This document shows positions 30,231 to 39,085 of a DNA stretch of 64,000 nucleotides, piece after piece (positions within the stretch are counted from its first letter, which is position 1; the number at the start of each line of letters is the position of its first letter). A program made the position numbers and the translations under genes. Below the pieces are notes generated by a model that saw only the letters and a program-made list of their open reading frames with translations, was not told where the DNA came from and searched no databases. Source of the DNA: an uncultured Acidobacteriota bacterium. GTDB lineage: Bacteria; Acidobacteriota; UBA6911. Where the stretch lies: the NCBI GenBank assembly GCA_963843575.1, contig CAWJKZ010000011.1:32001-96000 (forward strand). The letters run 5' to 3'.

Positions 30231-31067
30231 ATGGCCGCCAAAACAGTCGTTGCTGCCTTCGCCCTCCTTTGCTCCTTGACCGCACCGGCGCTGCCCCTCT
30301 GCGTCATGACGTTCAACCTGCGTTATGCCAGTCCGACCCCACCCCACTCCTGGTCCGAACGGCGGCCGGTGATGCGCAACTGCATCCGCCAGGTCGCGCC
30401 CGACGTGTTCGGGACCCAGGAAGGGCTCTACCCGCAATTGCAGGACCTCAAGGCCGACTTGCCCGAATATGACTGGATCGGGCTCGGGCGCGACGGCGGG
30501 AGCCGCGGGGAATTCATGGCCGTCTTCTACCGGCGGGAGCGGCTCGATCCGGTCGCGTATGACCATTTCTGGCTGTCGGACACGCCCGACGTCATGGGAT
30601 CCACCACCTGGGGCAATTCCAATCGGCGCATGGTCACCTGGGTGAGGTTTCGCGAACGGAGTTCGGGACGGGAGTTCTACTTCTGGAACACGCACCTCGA
30701 CCATCAGATCGAGCTGGCCCGGCAGAAGGGGGCCGCGCTCATCAAGGAGCGCGTCGCCCGGATAAACGACGGGCTGCCGACCCTGCTCGTCGGGGATTTC
30801 AACGCGGCCGCAGGGCGGAGCAAGGCGTACGAGATACTCGTCGAGCCGGGAGGGTTTACTGACACCTGGACGCTTGCCGCGGCCCGGGTCAACGAGCGGC
30901 TCAGCACGTTCCACGGTTTCGAGAAGCCGGTCGAGCAGGGGGAGCGCATCGACTGGATCCTGGCGCGCGGGGAAGTGACGGTCTCGAAAATCGAGATCGT
31001 CACCTGTTCCGAGAACGGCCAGGCTCCCAGCGACCATTTCCCCGTAGCCGCATGGCTGAGCTTCTAG
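30231..31067 (+). CDS. Secreted endonuclease/exonuclease/phosphatase (EEP) family protein
   Basis: VMTFNLR, GTQE, NTHLDH, GDFN, RIDWI, SDHFPV motifs; signal peptide. Confidence 0.92.
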   Translation: MAAKTVVAAFALLCSLTAPALPLCVMTFNLRYASPTPPHSWSERRPVMRNCIRQVAPDVFGTQEGLYPQLQDLKADLPEYDWIGLGRDGGSRGEFMAVFYRRERLDPVAYDHFWLSDTPDVMGSTTWGNSNRRMVTWVRFRERSSGREFYFWNTHLDHQIELARQKGAALIKERVARINDGLPTLLVGDFNAAAGRSKAYEILVEPGGFTDTWTLAAARVNERLSTFHGFEKPVEQGERIDWILARGEVTVSKIEIVTCSENGQAPSDHFPVAAWLSF

Positions 31068-31077
31068 CATGTGGCCA

Positions 31078-31142
31078 AGTGGGCCGCGTCGGCTCGACGC
31101 GGCCCGGATTTTGTGGGCGGGGGCGGCCCGCCCCCGCCCACT
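31078..31142. repeat. REP family C copy
   Basis: AGTGGGCCGCGTCGGCTCGACGCGGCCC + GTGGGCGGGGGCGGCCCGCCCCCGCCCAC. Confidence 0.82.
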
Positions 31143-31185
31143 CGGAAATGCTGTAGAATAGCTGCATCTTGCGGCGAGGTTTGGT

Positions 31186-34100
31186 TTGAACATCCGCGAA
31201 CACGTCGATGTCGTCGCGCAGCCGACCGTGGTGCGCCTGGAGCACCTTCTGGCCGAGGATGCGCGCTGGATCAGCGACAGCTACTACGTCACGGAGGAAA
31301 TCGAGGCGCACCTCGCCGCCCTGCGCACCCTTTTCGCCAAGGACGAAGGAAGCGGTATCTTCCTGATAGGCCACTACGGCTCGGGAAAATCGCACTTCCT
31401 GGCCTATGTCGCCCAGCAGCTGCGCGCGAAGGCGTTCGCGTCGCGCAACCCTGGGGTGATCCCGGTGTCGCTCCTGAACTACCGGGCCGAGCAGCCGCTG
31501 GAGTCGATCCTGCAACTCGAGCTTCAGCTCCCCGAGGCCGCGCAAGACCGGCGCGAGGTCTGGAAGCGGGTGGCACGCCGCTACCCCGCCGGCCTGCTGC
31601 TCGTCATCGACGAGCTGTCGGAGTTCCTGCGCTCCAAGCCTTCGGCCCAGGCCTTCAACGAGGATCTCCGGTTCCTGCAGTTTCTCGGCGAGTGGGCCCA
31701 GGGACACCGGTTGTGGATCGTGGCGGCACTGCAGGAACAGATCGAACACACGGGTGAGATAGAGTACGACCTCTTCCGCAAGATCAAGGACCGCTACCCG
31801 GTCCGGTTGCTCCTGACCCCGTCGCACGTCCGCGACCTGATTGCGCGGCGGATCCTGCGCAAGAAGGACTCGTATGCGGCCGCCGTCGAGAAGCTGGCGC
31901 AGGAGCTGAAGCAGATTTACCCGGCGCTGCCGGCGGGCGTCGCGGACATCTGCGACATTTACCCGATCCACCCGGCGACGCTGGAGCTGCTCGAAGAGGT
32001 GCGCGACCGTTTCTCGCAGGCGCGCGGCATCGTCGATTTCACCCTCACCCGCCTGTTAGGGGACGAGGCCAGGCACGTTGCGCCCTTCCTCGACCGCCCC
32101 TGGGGGGACCTGCTCACCCCGGACACGATCGTCGACCACTTCGCCGACCTGTTCGAGGTGCAGCCGGAGTTCCTGCCGATTGCGCAAAAGGTCCTCCCCT
32201 ATTTTCGCGGCCAGGTCCCGTTGATGTTCGACAGCACGGCGCAGCGCGACCTCGCCTGGAGGCTCCTGAAACTGCTGATCCTGACGCACCTGTCTCCCCG
32301 GCGGGAGTCGCTCGACGCGGAGCAGGCCGCGCAATGGCTTCTCCTGAGGGTTTCGAGCATCGACCCGAAGAAAAACCGGGACATCGTCCAGAAGGCGCTC
32401 GAGACGATCGCGCGCCAGGGCGCCTACGTCAAGCAGCAGGGGACGGACTTTCGCCTCGACCTGGAGGACGACAGTAAGGAGCACCTCGACCAGCTGCTGT
32501 CGAAGACCGTCGAGGAGATGCGCGGGCGCGGCGACTCGGTGTTCGAGGGCCTCGTGCCCCTGCTGCAGCACGCAGAGTTCAATCCGTTCGCTCAGCCGCG
32601 GGACCGCTGGCACACGCGCAAGGTCCGCTGGCATTTCCACGAGTGGGACCTGCACGTTTATTTCGGCGGCAGCACCCCGCCGGAACAAAAGGGACTCGCC
32701 CTGCAGGTCGGGCTCCCGTGGGGCGCGGCGCCCGAAGGCCCATGCCACCGCATCGTCCCCGCCCCGCTCGAGGCCGGCCCCGATCTGCTCGAGCTGGCCG
32801 CCCTGCAGCAGCTCAGGGACAGACCGCTGCCGGCGCGGGTGCTGGCCCGCGTCCAGCAGCGCATCGCCTCGCGCTCGCCGGCGTTCTTCTCCCTCGTCCG
32901 CAACGCCTACGTGGAGGCCTCCGTGCTGGACGCGGCCGGCGACAAGATCACGCCGCCGCTCGCGCCGCTGCACGGCGGCCTGGCCGGGTGGCTGAACTCC
33001 TACGGCGAGTGGATCCTGAGGCAGACCTACCCGCTGTTCGAGCGGTTCGCACCCGGGTTCGGGCCGCTGCCGCGCGAGGCGTACCGGCAGTTCATGAGGC
33101 ACGTCGCCGAACACGATCTCGGAGCCCCCGAGGCGCCGGACTACGTTAAGTTGATCCGCGAGGCCTACCTCGTCCCGATGCAGCTGATGCAGCGCAAGGG
33201 GACCGAGTACGTCGTCAGCCCCAAGCTCGAGGGGAACGAGCTGGTACGGCTCCTCGCCCCGATCCTCGAACACCACCCGTCGCCCGCGCGGGTCTACCAG
33301 CACCTGGGTTCCCCGGTCTATGGCCTGGTCCCCGACCAGGTTCACCTGCTGCTGCTCGTGCTGCTGATCCAGGGCGAGATCGACATCGTGAAGGGAGAGC
33401 AGTCCTATCGCGAGGTCTACGAGACGCTGCCGAATCCGCTGCAATACGACAGGATCCTGCCGGGCCAGGCGCTCAGCCTCAACCAGCTGCGCGAGCTGCA
33501 GGCCTTCTGCGAGGGGTTCCGCATCCCCGTCCCGAGGCAGTGGAGCGTTCTGACGCAGAAGCGCGCCGTCGAGCAGCTGCGCCGGTACGGCAGCCGTCAG
33601 CGGGACCAGCTGAGCGAGTTCGCCACCCGGCTGAAGGCGTCGGGGGAGGCGGGCGACGTCACGGCGCGGGTCGAGGCCCTCATTTCGAAATGGCTGGCGC
33701 TGGAGAAGGGGGAACACGAGATCCAGGCGTTTCAGCACTTCGAGGTCGCGGCCGGCTCCGCCCGGAGGTTCGTGGTCGAAGCCAACGAAATCGCCTCGCT
33801 GCCGCAGCGCTTCGAGCGCCTGCTGCGGGAAGCGCAGCGCTACCGCCACCTCTTCGGCGACTCGCGCCTCGCCGGGTGCGCGTCCCCGGACATCGCCACG
33901 CGGCTCGAGGCGCTGCAGCCTGCCCCGCCGCTGTCGGAGCCCGAGGAACTCGACCGCTGGCTCGAACGCGCCCGCGCTCTCTACCAGCACTACCAGGATT
34001 GGTATCGCACGCGGCACGAACAGTGGCGCGACGCCGCCGGCCGCCACCCGGTCTGGACCTACCGCGTCCCCGCGATCGCGCGCAGCAGACACGTGATGAC

Positions 34101-35451
34101 CGCCGGGCTGGTCCAGGAGGTGGAGACGCTGGCGGCGGAGGCGAAGGCGCTGCGCTGCGCGGGGCTGACACCGCTCGAGTTTCAACCGGTCTGCCGGTGC
34201 GGCTTCGACGGCGTCGACGGCCCGCTTTCGGGAACGCTGCGCCGCTTCGAGGACGCCTCGCGCCGGTTGGAGCAGGAGGTCGCCCTGTTCTTCCAACAGG
34301 ACAAGGTCAAGGCACGGGTGCGCGAGTGGGTCGACCAGGGCGTCGAGTTGAGCACGCCGACGCTTTCGTACCTCGAGGGGAAGAGCCGGTACCCGGAGGT
34401 GGACAGCGTCGCCCTGTTCGATCAGCACCTCTCCGGGCTCGAGCTCGTCAAGCCGGTCGAGGCCGCTGAGCTGCTGGACGTGCTGGGCGAGCGGGTCTGG
34501 GAGAAGGGGGCGCTCATGCAGGCGCTGGAGCGGTTTTTCGAACGCGCCGGCCCCCGGATCTCCCTGCGACGCAGGGAGCCGGCGCCGAGAAAGGACCTGG
34601 TCGCGTGGTGCTACGCGCAGGCCCTGGCGCACGGGCAACCGCTCCCGCCGGTGTTCTCGCCGGCGGAGCAGGGACTCGCCGCCGGCCTGATCGATCCGCG
34701 CGGTGTCGGCGAGGCGGCGCTGCGGAACATCGAGGGGCTGGGATTGGGCGAGGAAGCCCTCCTGCGGGTCGTCGGAATGGTGCTCGACGGCGCGGTGCAG
34801 CCGGGAAGCCGGCCTGCTTCGGGCCCGGTGGCGGCGGCCCTGCAGCTCCTCTCGCCCGCCCGGCCCCGGACCGCCGGGGACCTGGCGGAACTGGCGACGG
34901 CGCTCTACGAACAGCACGGGAGATTGATGAAGCTGCGGCCACAGCCCTGGCTGGCGCGGCTGGAGGAGTTGGCCCAGGCCGAACTGGCGGATGCGCCGGG
35001 GCCGCTCGCGGATGTCCTCCGGGAGCACGCGGGGGCACAGTGGGTGGTGGTCGACTGCCTCGGGCTGCCGTTGCTTCGGACCGTGTCGGACCTGTTGCCG
35101 GAGTGCTTCCCGCACAGACGTGCGAGTACGCCGCGGTTTGCCGCGGTCTCCGAGCGCACCACAACGAGCGGGTTCTACGACGGGCTGATCGGGCAGGGGT
35201 TGGGAAAGAGCTTCGAGAAGATCGATGCGGTCGACCGGCTGGTGCACGAGCGCACGACGATGGCGGAACTGGCCCGGCTGGCGCGCGCCGAGCTGGAGGT
35301 CGCGTTCAGGAAGGTGAACGCCCGGCTGGACGCCTCTCAACCGGTCGCCATCTTCGGCGACCACGGCTTCCGCCTGGCCGCCGACGGCATCTCGTTTGCC
35401 CACGGCGGCCCCTCCACCCTGGAGCGCCTCACGCCGGTCTTCCTGATGTAA
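31186..35451 (+). CDS. BrxC/DUF6079-like P-loop ATPase fused to a C-terminal PglZ-like alkaline-phosphatase-fold domain
   Basis: GHYGSGKSH Walker A, LLVIDE Walker B, DLRFLQFLGE, LQE, KIKDRY, YPIHP; C-x10-CxCGF; C-terminal VVVDCLG, TTT, DRLVH, GDHGF, HGGPSTLE. Confidence 0.8.
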   Translation: MNIREHVDVVAQPTVVRLEHLLAEDARWISDSYYVTEEIEAHLAALRTLFAKDEGSGIFLIGHYGSGKSHFLAYVAQQLRAKAFASRNPGVIPVSLLNYRAEQPLESILQLELQLPEAAQDRREVWKRVARRYPAGLLLVIDELSEFLRSKPSAQAFNEDLRFLQFLGEWAQGHRLWIVAALQEQIEHTGEIEYDLFRKIKDRYPVRLLLTPSHVRDLIARRILRKKDSYAAAVEKLAQELKQIYPALPAGVADICDIYPIHPATLELLEEVRDRFSQARGIVDFTLTRLLGDEARHVAPFLDRPWGDLLTPDTIVDHFADLFEVQPEFLPIAQKVLPYFRGQVPLMFDSTAQRDLAWRLLKLLILTHLSPRRESLDAEQAAQWLLLRVSSIDPKKNRDIVQKALETIARQGAYVKQQGTDFRLDLEDDSKEHLDQLLSKTVEEMRGRGDSVFEGLVPLLQHAEFNPFAQPRDRWHTRKVRWHFHEWDLHVYFGGSTPPEQKGLALQVGLPWGAAPEGPCHRIVPAPLEAGPDLLELAALQQLRDRPLPARVLARVQQRIASRSPAFFSLVRNAYVEASVLDAAGDKITPPLAPLHGGLAGWLNSYGEWILRQTYPLFERFAPGFGPLPREAYRQFMRHVAEHDLGAPEAPDYVKLIREAYLVPMQLMQRKGTEYVVSPKLEGNELVRLLAPILEHHPSPARVYQHLGSPVYGLVPDQVHLLLLVLLIQGEIDIVKGEQSYREVYETLPNPLQYDRILPGQALSLNQLRELQAFCEGFRIPVPRQWSVLTQKRAVEQLRRYGSRQRDQLSEFATRLKASGEAGDVTARVEALISKWLALEKGEHEIQAFQHFEVAAGSARRFVVEANEIASLPQRFERLLREAQRYRHLFGDSRLAGCASPDIATRLEALQPAPPLSEPEELDRWLERARALYQHYQDWYRTRHEQWRDAAGRHPVWTYRVPAIARSRHVMTAGLVQEVETLAAEAKALRCAGLTPLEFQPVCRCGFDGVDGPLSGTLRRFEDASRRLEQEVALFFQQDKVKARVREWVDQGVELSTPTLSYLEGKSRYPEVDSVALFDQHLSGLELVKPVEAAELLDVLGERVWEKGALMQALERFFERAGPRISLRRREPAPRKDLVAWCYAQALAHGQPLPPVFSPAEQGLAAGLIDPRGVGEAALRNIEGLGLGEEALLRVVGMVLDGAVQPGSRPASGPVAAALQLLSPARPRTAGDLAELATALYEQHGRLMKLRPQPWLARLEELAQAELADAPGPLADVLREHAGAQWVVVDCLGLPLLRTVSDLLPECFPHRRASTPRFAAVSERTTTSGFYDGLIGQGLGKSFEKIDAVDRLVHERTTMAELARLARAELEVAFRKVNARLDASQPVAIFGDHGFRLAADGISFAHGGPSTLERLTPVFLM

Positions 35452-35455
35452 AACG

Positions 35456-35506
35456 TGCGGCGCCCAGGCGCCGCTCCCAAAGCGGCGTCGAGCCGCCGCA
35501 CTCCAT
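35456..35506. repeat. REP family A copy between the ATPase-PglZ and TPR genes
   Basis: GTGCGGCGCCCAGGCGCCGC + AAAGCGGCGTCGAGCCGCCGCACTCCA. Confidence 0.85.
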
Positions 35507-35513
35507 AGAGGAT

Positions 35514-36455
35514 ATGACCGGCCCGGTCGTGGCGACCTTGAGACAGAACATGTTCAGCGCCCTGGCCGAAGGCCGGCTCGCCGACGCCGAAGACATCCTG
35601 GCGCACCTGAAACGTGAAGACCCGCTCAGCCAGGAAACACGCGGTTTCGAGCTGGAACTCCTCCTGAACTCCAACCGGCCGACCGAGGCCGCCGCGCTCG
35701 CGCGGCAGTTGTGCCGGCTTTTTCCGCAGTCGGCGCGGATCGCCTTCCTGGCCGGGAAAACGGCGTACCGGATGAGGCAGTACGACGAGGCGGAAGCGCA
35801 CTTCCGCGAGAGCCAGCGGCTCTATCCTCACTGGCGCACGCAGCAGTGGCTGGGCAAGACCCTCACTCAGCGCGGGAGCTTCGCCGAGGCCGAGGCGCTG
35901 CTGATCGCCACCCGCGAGCACACCGGCGGAGCCCTGCTGGACCTCGCTTGGCTTTACGAGAGGAAGGGCGACCTCGAGACCGCGCTGAAGGCGTGCGAAG
36001 ACTTTCTGGCCGCACATCCCGGGCAGCCCTATGCGGAACAGCAGCGGCTCAGGCTCAAAGCCAGGATGCTCGAGCCGGAATCCCTGATCGGCGAGATGGG
36101 CGCCCTGGGGGAGCTCGGGGAGGAGATTCCCGCGCCGCTGTTCCCGGAGTTCGTGCAGAAACTGTTCGAGACCGGACAGACGGAGGAGGCGCGGGAGAAG
36201 GTTGCGGCTCAGATGAGCCGTCTCGATGAGCGGACAGGCTCCCGGGTGGCGTGGGTGTGCTACCGGGCGCGCGCATACGACCTCGCCTGCGCGCTCTTCC
36301 TGGCGCACCTGCGCGGGAACCTGCACTACTACAAGTACCTGAACGCGCTGGAGGCGGCGGCCCGCAGGTGCGACCGCGTCCCCCAGGTCCTCGAAGCCTA
36401 CCGCGCCCTGTTTTCCGAAGCCCCCCACCTCCACGGCCGCTGCAAACGCCTTTAA
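35514..36455 (+). CDS. Cytoplasmic tetratricopeptide-repeat protein (313 aa)
   Basis: AGAGGA RBS and ATG 35514; TPR-like helices (AFLAGKTAYRMRQYDEAEAHFRES, WLGKTL..SFAEAEAL, LAWLYERKGDLETA); no signal peptide. Confidence 0.78.
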   Translation: MTGPVVATLRQNMFSALAEGRLADAEDILAHLKREDPLSQETRGFELELLLNSNRPTEAAALARQLCRLFPQSARIAFLAGKTAYRMRQYDEAEAHFRESQRLYPHWRTQQWLGKTLTQRGSFAEAEALLIATREHTGGALLDLAWLYERKGDLETALKACEDFLAAHPGQPYAEQQRLRLKARMLEPESLIGEMGALGELGEEIPAPLFPEFVQKLFETGQTEEAREKVAAQMSRLDERTGSRVAWVCYRARAYDLACALFLAHLRGNLHYYKYLNALEAAARRCDRVPQVLEAYRALFSEAPHLHGRCKRL

Positions 36456-36458
36456 TTA

Positions 36459-37156
36459 TGGAGTGCGGCGGCTTGACGCCGCTTTGTGGACGGCGCCTCG
36501 GCGCCGCCCTTCCCCGAGTTCCTAATAATCATCCACCACGTGCAGCCGGTCGATTCTGAAGCTCTTCACCAAGTTAACGAAAGCGCTGTCGCCGTTGCCT
36601 TCAAACCACGCCGCTGAACACCACGGATACTGCGATGCGACCTTCACGACGCCGTGATGCACCGGGTTCTCGTGCACATATTTCAGACGCGCCAGATACG
36701 ACCGTTCGTGGGTGACCAGGGTGTCGAAGTATTGATACATAACCCTCCGCCCGGGAGTCCCGTCCAGCAGGTTCAAGGCCTTGGCTATACCGTGGTGCAG
36801 CTTGTTCACCATCTTGGCCAGGGTGCGGACGTCGGGCGGGGACAAGGCCACGAAGTGGTAGTGATTGACCAGGACCGACCAAGCCTCGAGTTCCCAACCG
36901 AACTCGCACGCACAGTCGAACAGTTGCTCCAGCGCCAGGTCGAGCCGCTCGGGCGTGTCCAGGATGTGCGACTTCTGGTAGGTGCCCGCGGTGACCATGT
37001 AGGCGCCGCCTTCGGGTAACCGGTGCGCGGGTGCGTGGTGCAACGCAACGGCGAGGGAGTTTTCATGGCCTACGAAGATTAATCGCCAGCTGAGGGATTA
37101 TTTCGCGACGGCGCCGAGGCGCCGTCCACAAAGCGGCGTCGAGCCGCCGCACTCCA
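36459..37156. mobile_element. REPtron: RAYT gene flanked by 48-bp inverted REP family A arms
   Basis: 36459-36506 and 37109-37156 are reverse complements at 47 of 48 positions. Confidence 0.85.
36522..37066 (-). CDS. REP-associated tyrosine transposase (RAYT/TnpA-REP, Y1 HUH)
   Basis: YMVTAGT, HUH motif NHYH, catalytic Tyr in YVHENPV, YPWCS; the true start may be ATG 37066 with a 1-nt deletion near 37042 (ORF track starts at TTG 37043). Confidence 0.88.
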
Positions 37157-37191
37157 AAGGACACCCAAATCTTTAATAATTAAGAATTGTA

Positions 37192-37251
37192 TTGACTTAG
37201 GGCCTGGCGCGTCATACCTTGCCTTGATCACAGGTCTTAAATCTTTAAGAC
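37192..37251 (+). promoter_or_regulatory. Sigma70-type promoter with palindromic operator for the BlaI-like repressor operon
   Basis: TTGACT (37192-37197), 17 nt, TACCTT (37215-37220); perfect inverted repeat GTCTTAAA-TC-TTTAAGAC (37234-37251). Confidence 0.65.
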
Positions 37252-37267
37252 AATCGGGTGAGCCAAA

Positions 37268-37657
37268 GTGCCACGCAGGAGGTCTCCGACCCTGACGGAA
37301 GGTGAACTCAGGTTGATGCAGATCCTTTGGGACAAACGCTCCGGAACGGTCGGCGACCTGGTCGAGCACCTGCAGCCCGAGACGGCGCTGGCCTACAAGA
37401 CCGTGCTCACGACGGCCCGGATCCTCGAAGCCAAGGGCTACGTGCGGCACGAAAAGCGCGGGCGGGCTTTCGTGTATTTCCCGGTTATCGAAAAGCGGCA
37501 CGCGCGGCACAACGCGTTGCGCTACCTTCTCACACGGTTTTTCGACAACTCGCCGGCGGCCCTGATGTTGAACCTCCTGCAGGACGAGGAGCTCGACCCT
37601 CGGGAGCTGGCGCGTCTCAAGCAGCTGATCAAGGCGGAGCTGAGCTCGTGGAGCTGA
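37268..37657 (+). CDS. BlaI/MecI/CopY family repressor
   Basis: LTEGELRLMQILW, LAYKTVLT..LEAKGYV..GRAFVY, RFFDNS. Confidence 0.92.
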   Translation: MPRRRSPTLTEGELRLMQILWDKRSGTVGDLVEHLQPETALAYKTVLTTARILEAKGYVRHEKRGRAFVYFPVIEKRHARHNALRYLLTRFFDNSPAALMLNLLQDEELDPRELARLKQLIKAELSSWS

Positions 37658-37660
37658 TGT

Positions 37661-39018
37661 GTGAAACCCTCTGGCAGGGGTGTCGGACTTGCGCTGGTGG
37701 CCTGGTGTCTGCTCGTCGTCTTGCGCTGGTCGCGCGCTTCGGTGCGCTACGCGGTCCTGTGGGCTTCGATTGCCGCGGCCGTGTCGCTGCCGCTGCTGCG
37801 CCGGATACCGGGAGCGAGCCGGCGGCCGGAGTCGCCGCGGGCCAGGCGCATCTTCCCGCTCCAGCTCACACGTCCCGGCCGCCGGCGATTTTCGGGTAAA
37901 GTTCGCGGCGGCGCTGTGGCTGCTCGTCGCGACGCTGCTGGTGCTGCGCCTCGCGCTCGGGATCGTGGGCAGCGCGCCGGATGCGAGCGCGGTGCGCGCC
38001 GGCACCCGCGTCCGTCCTGCGCCGGCTCCGGGTTCCGATCGGGCGCCGCGGTTTTGCGGGCGAGCTGCTCCTGTGCGACGAGGTCCGCATCCCGTCGGTG
38101 CTTGGGCTCTTCCGCCCCGCGATCGTCATGTCACGTCGGCTCGTGGAGAGCTTGAGCGACGACGAGCTCGACCAGGTCCTCCTGCACGAGTGGGCGCACA
38201 TCCGGAGGCGCGACCAGTGGGCCAAGCTTGCCCAGGGCGCCGTCCGGTGCCTCTGGTTTTTCCACCCGGGGATGTGGTGGCTGAGCCGCAGCCTCGACCT
38301 TGAGCGGGAGATCGCCTGCGACGAGTGGGTGACGTCGCGGACACGCGCCCCGCGTCTCTATGCGTCCGCGTTGACCTCGGTCGCGCAGTCCCTCGTCGGC
38401 CCGCAACGGCTCGGGACGGCGCCGCAGACTGCGACATCCCGCCGGGAGATCACCCTCAGGGTGGAGCGGTTGCTGCGGAGCGAGGGGCGGCCGCCTCTCG
38501 CCATCGGGTGGAGTTGGGTGGCTGCTGGCGTGCTGTTCGCGGCGGGTGCGGCAGCGGTCCACCATTCCATGCCGGCGTTTACGCGCGATGGTGCGGGGGA
38601 AGCGCTCGTCCTTTCAGGGACCTCCCCGATCATCACTCCGGCCGCGGAGCTCGTCGGTCCCGCCGCCGAGAAGCCGCTGCCGCGTCGTGCGCCGCAGCAG
38701 GCGCGCGCTCAAAGCCGCGCGCAGTTGCCGCCGGCCGCAGATGACACGCCTGCGGCGCCGCAGGCCGACCCGGGCGAAACAGCACGCACGGAAATAGCGG
38801 GGGCAGCGGCGGGCGAGCTGCCGGGGCCCCGTTCGATGGAACTGAATGAGCTATTAATTGATGCATCCTCCCCCCCCTCATTAGCCTCAGGGCAGAAGCG
38901 CGTGGGCTTGATCGATGTGTCGGGCTTCCACAGCCTGGCCGGCAGCCTTGCGCGCTCCGGCAAGGGCGCTGGTGGATTCTTCCAGAGGCTGGCAGTCTCG
39001 ACGCGAGACTCTTTTTGA
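37661..39018 (+). CDS. BlaR1-like M56 metallopeptidase, several frameshifts in the 5' third
   Basis: SRASVRYAVLW, RPAIV, LLHEWAHIRRRD, WFFHP..W, EREIACD; directly follows the BlaI-like gene. Confidence 0.8.
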
Positions 39019-39085
39019 GCAAAACCCGAAAGCCGAAGACCTGATTTGGAATTTTTAAGGTAATATCTGCAATGGAGCAAAACAT

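Noticed and set aside
30231-31067. EEP nuclease as part of the BREX-like module
   Set aside because: It has a signal peptide, belongs to a common secreted phosphoesterase type and is separated by a REP; no evidence of linkage.
32056-35403. 1115-aa antisense ORF over the ATPase-PglZ gene
   Set aside because: Shadow ORF from high GC3 codon bias, with no motifs; the same applies to 42059-44746 (+), 46348-48858 (-) and 39201-40901 (-).
34605-35513. N-terminal extension of the TPR ORF (616-aa call)
   Set aside because: Low-complexity Gly/Ala/Arg sequence overlapping the real upstream gene and a REP; RBS and ATG at 35514 fit better.
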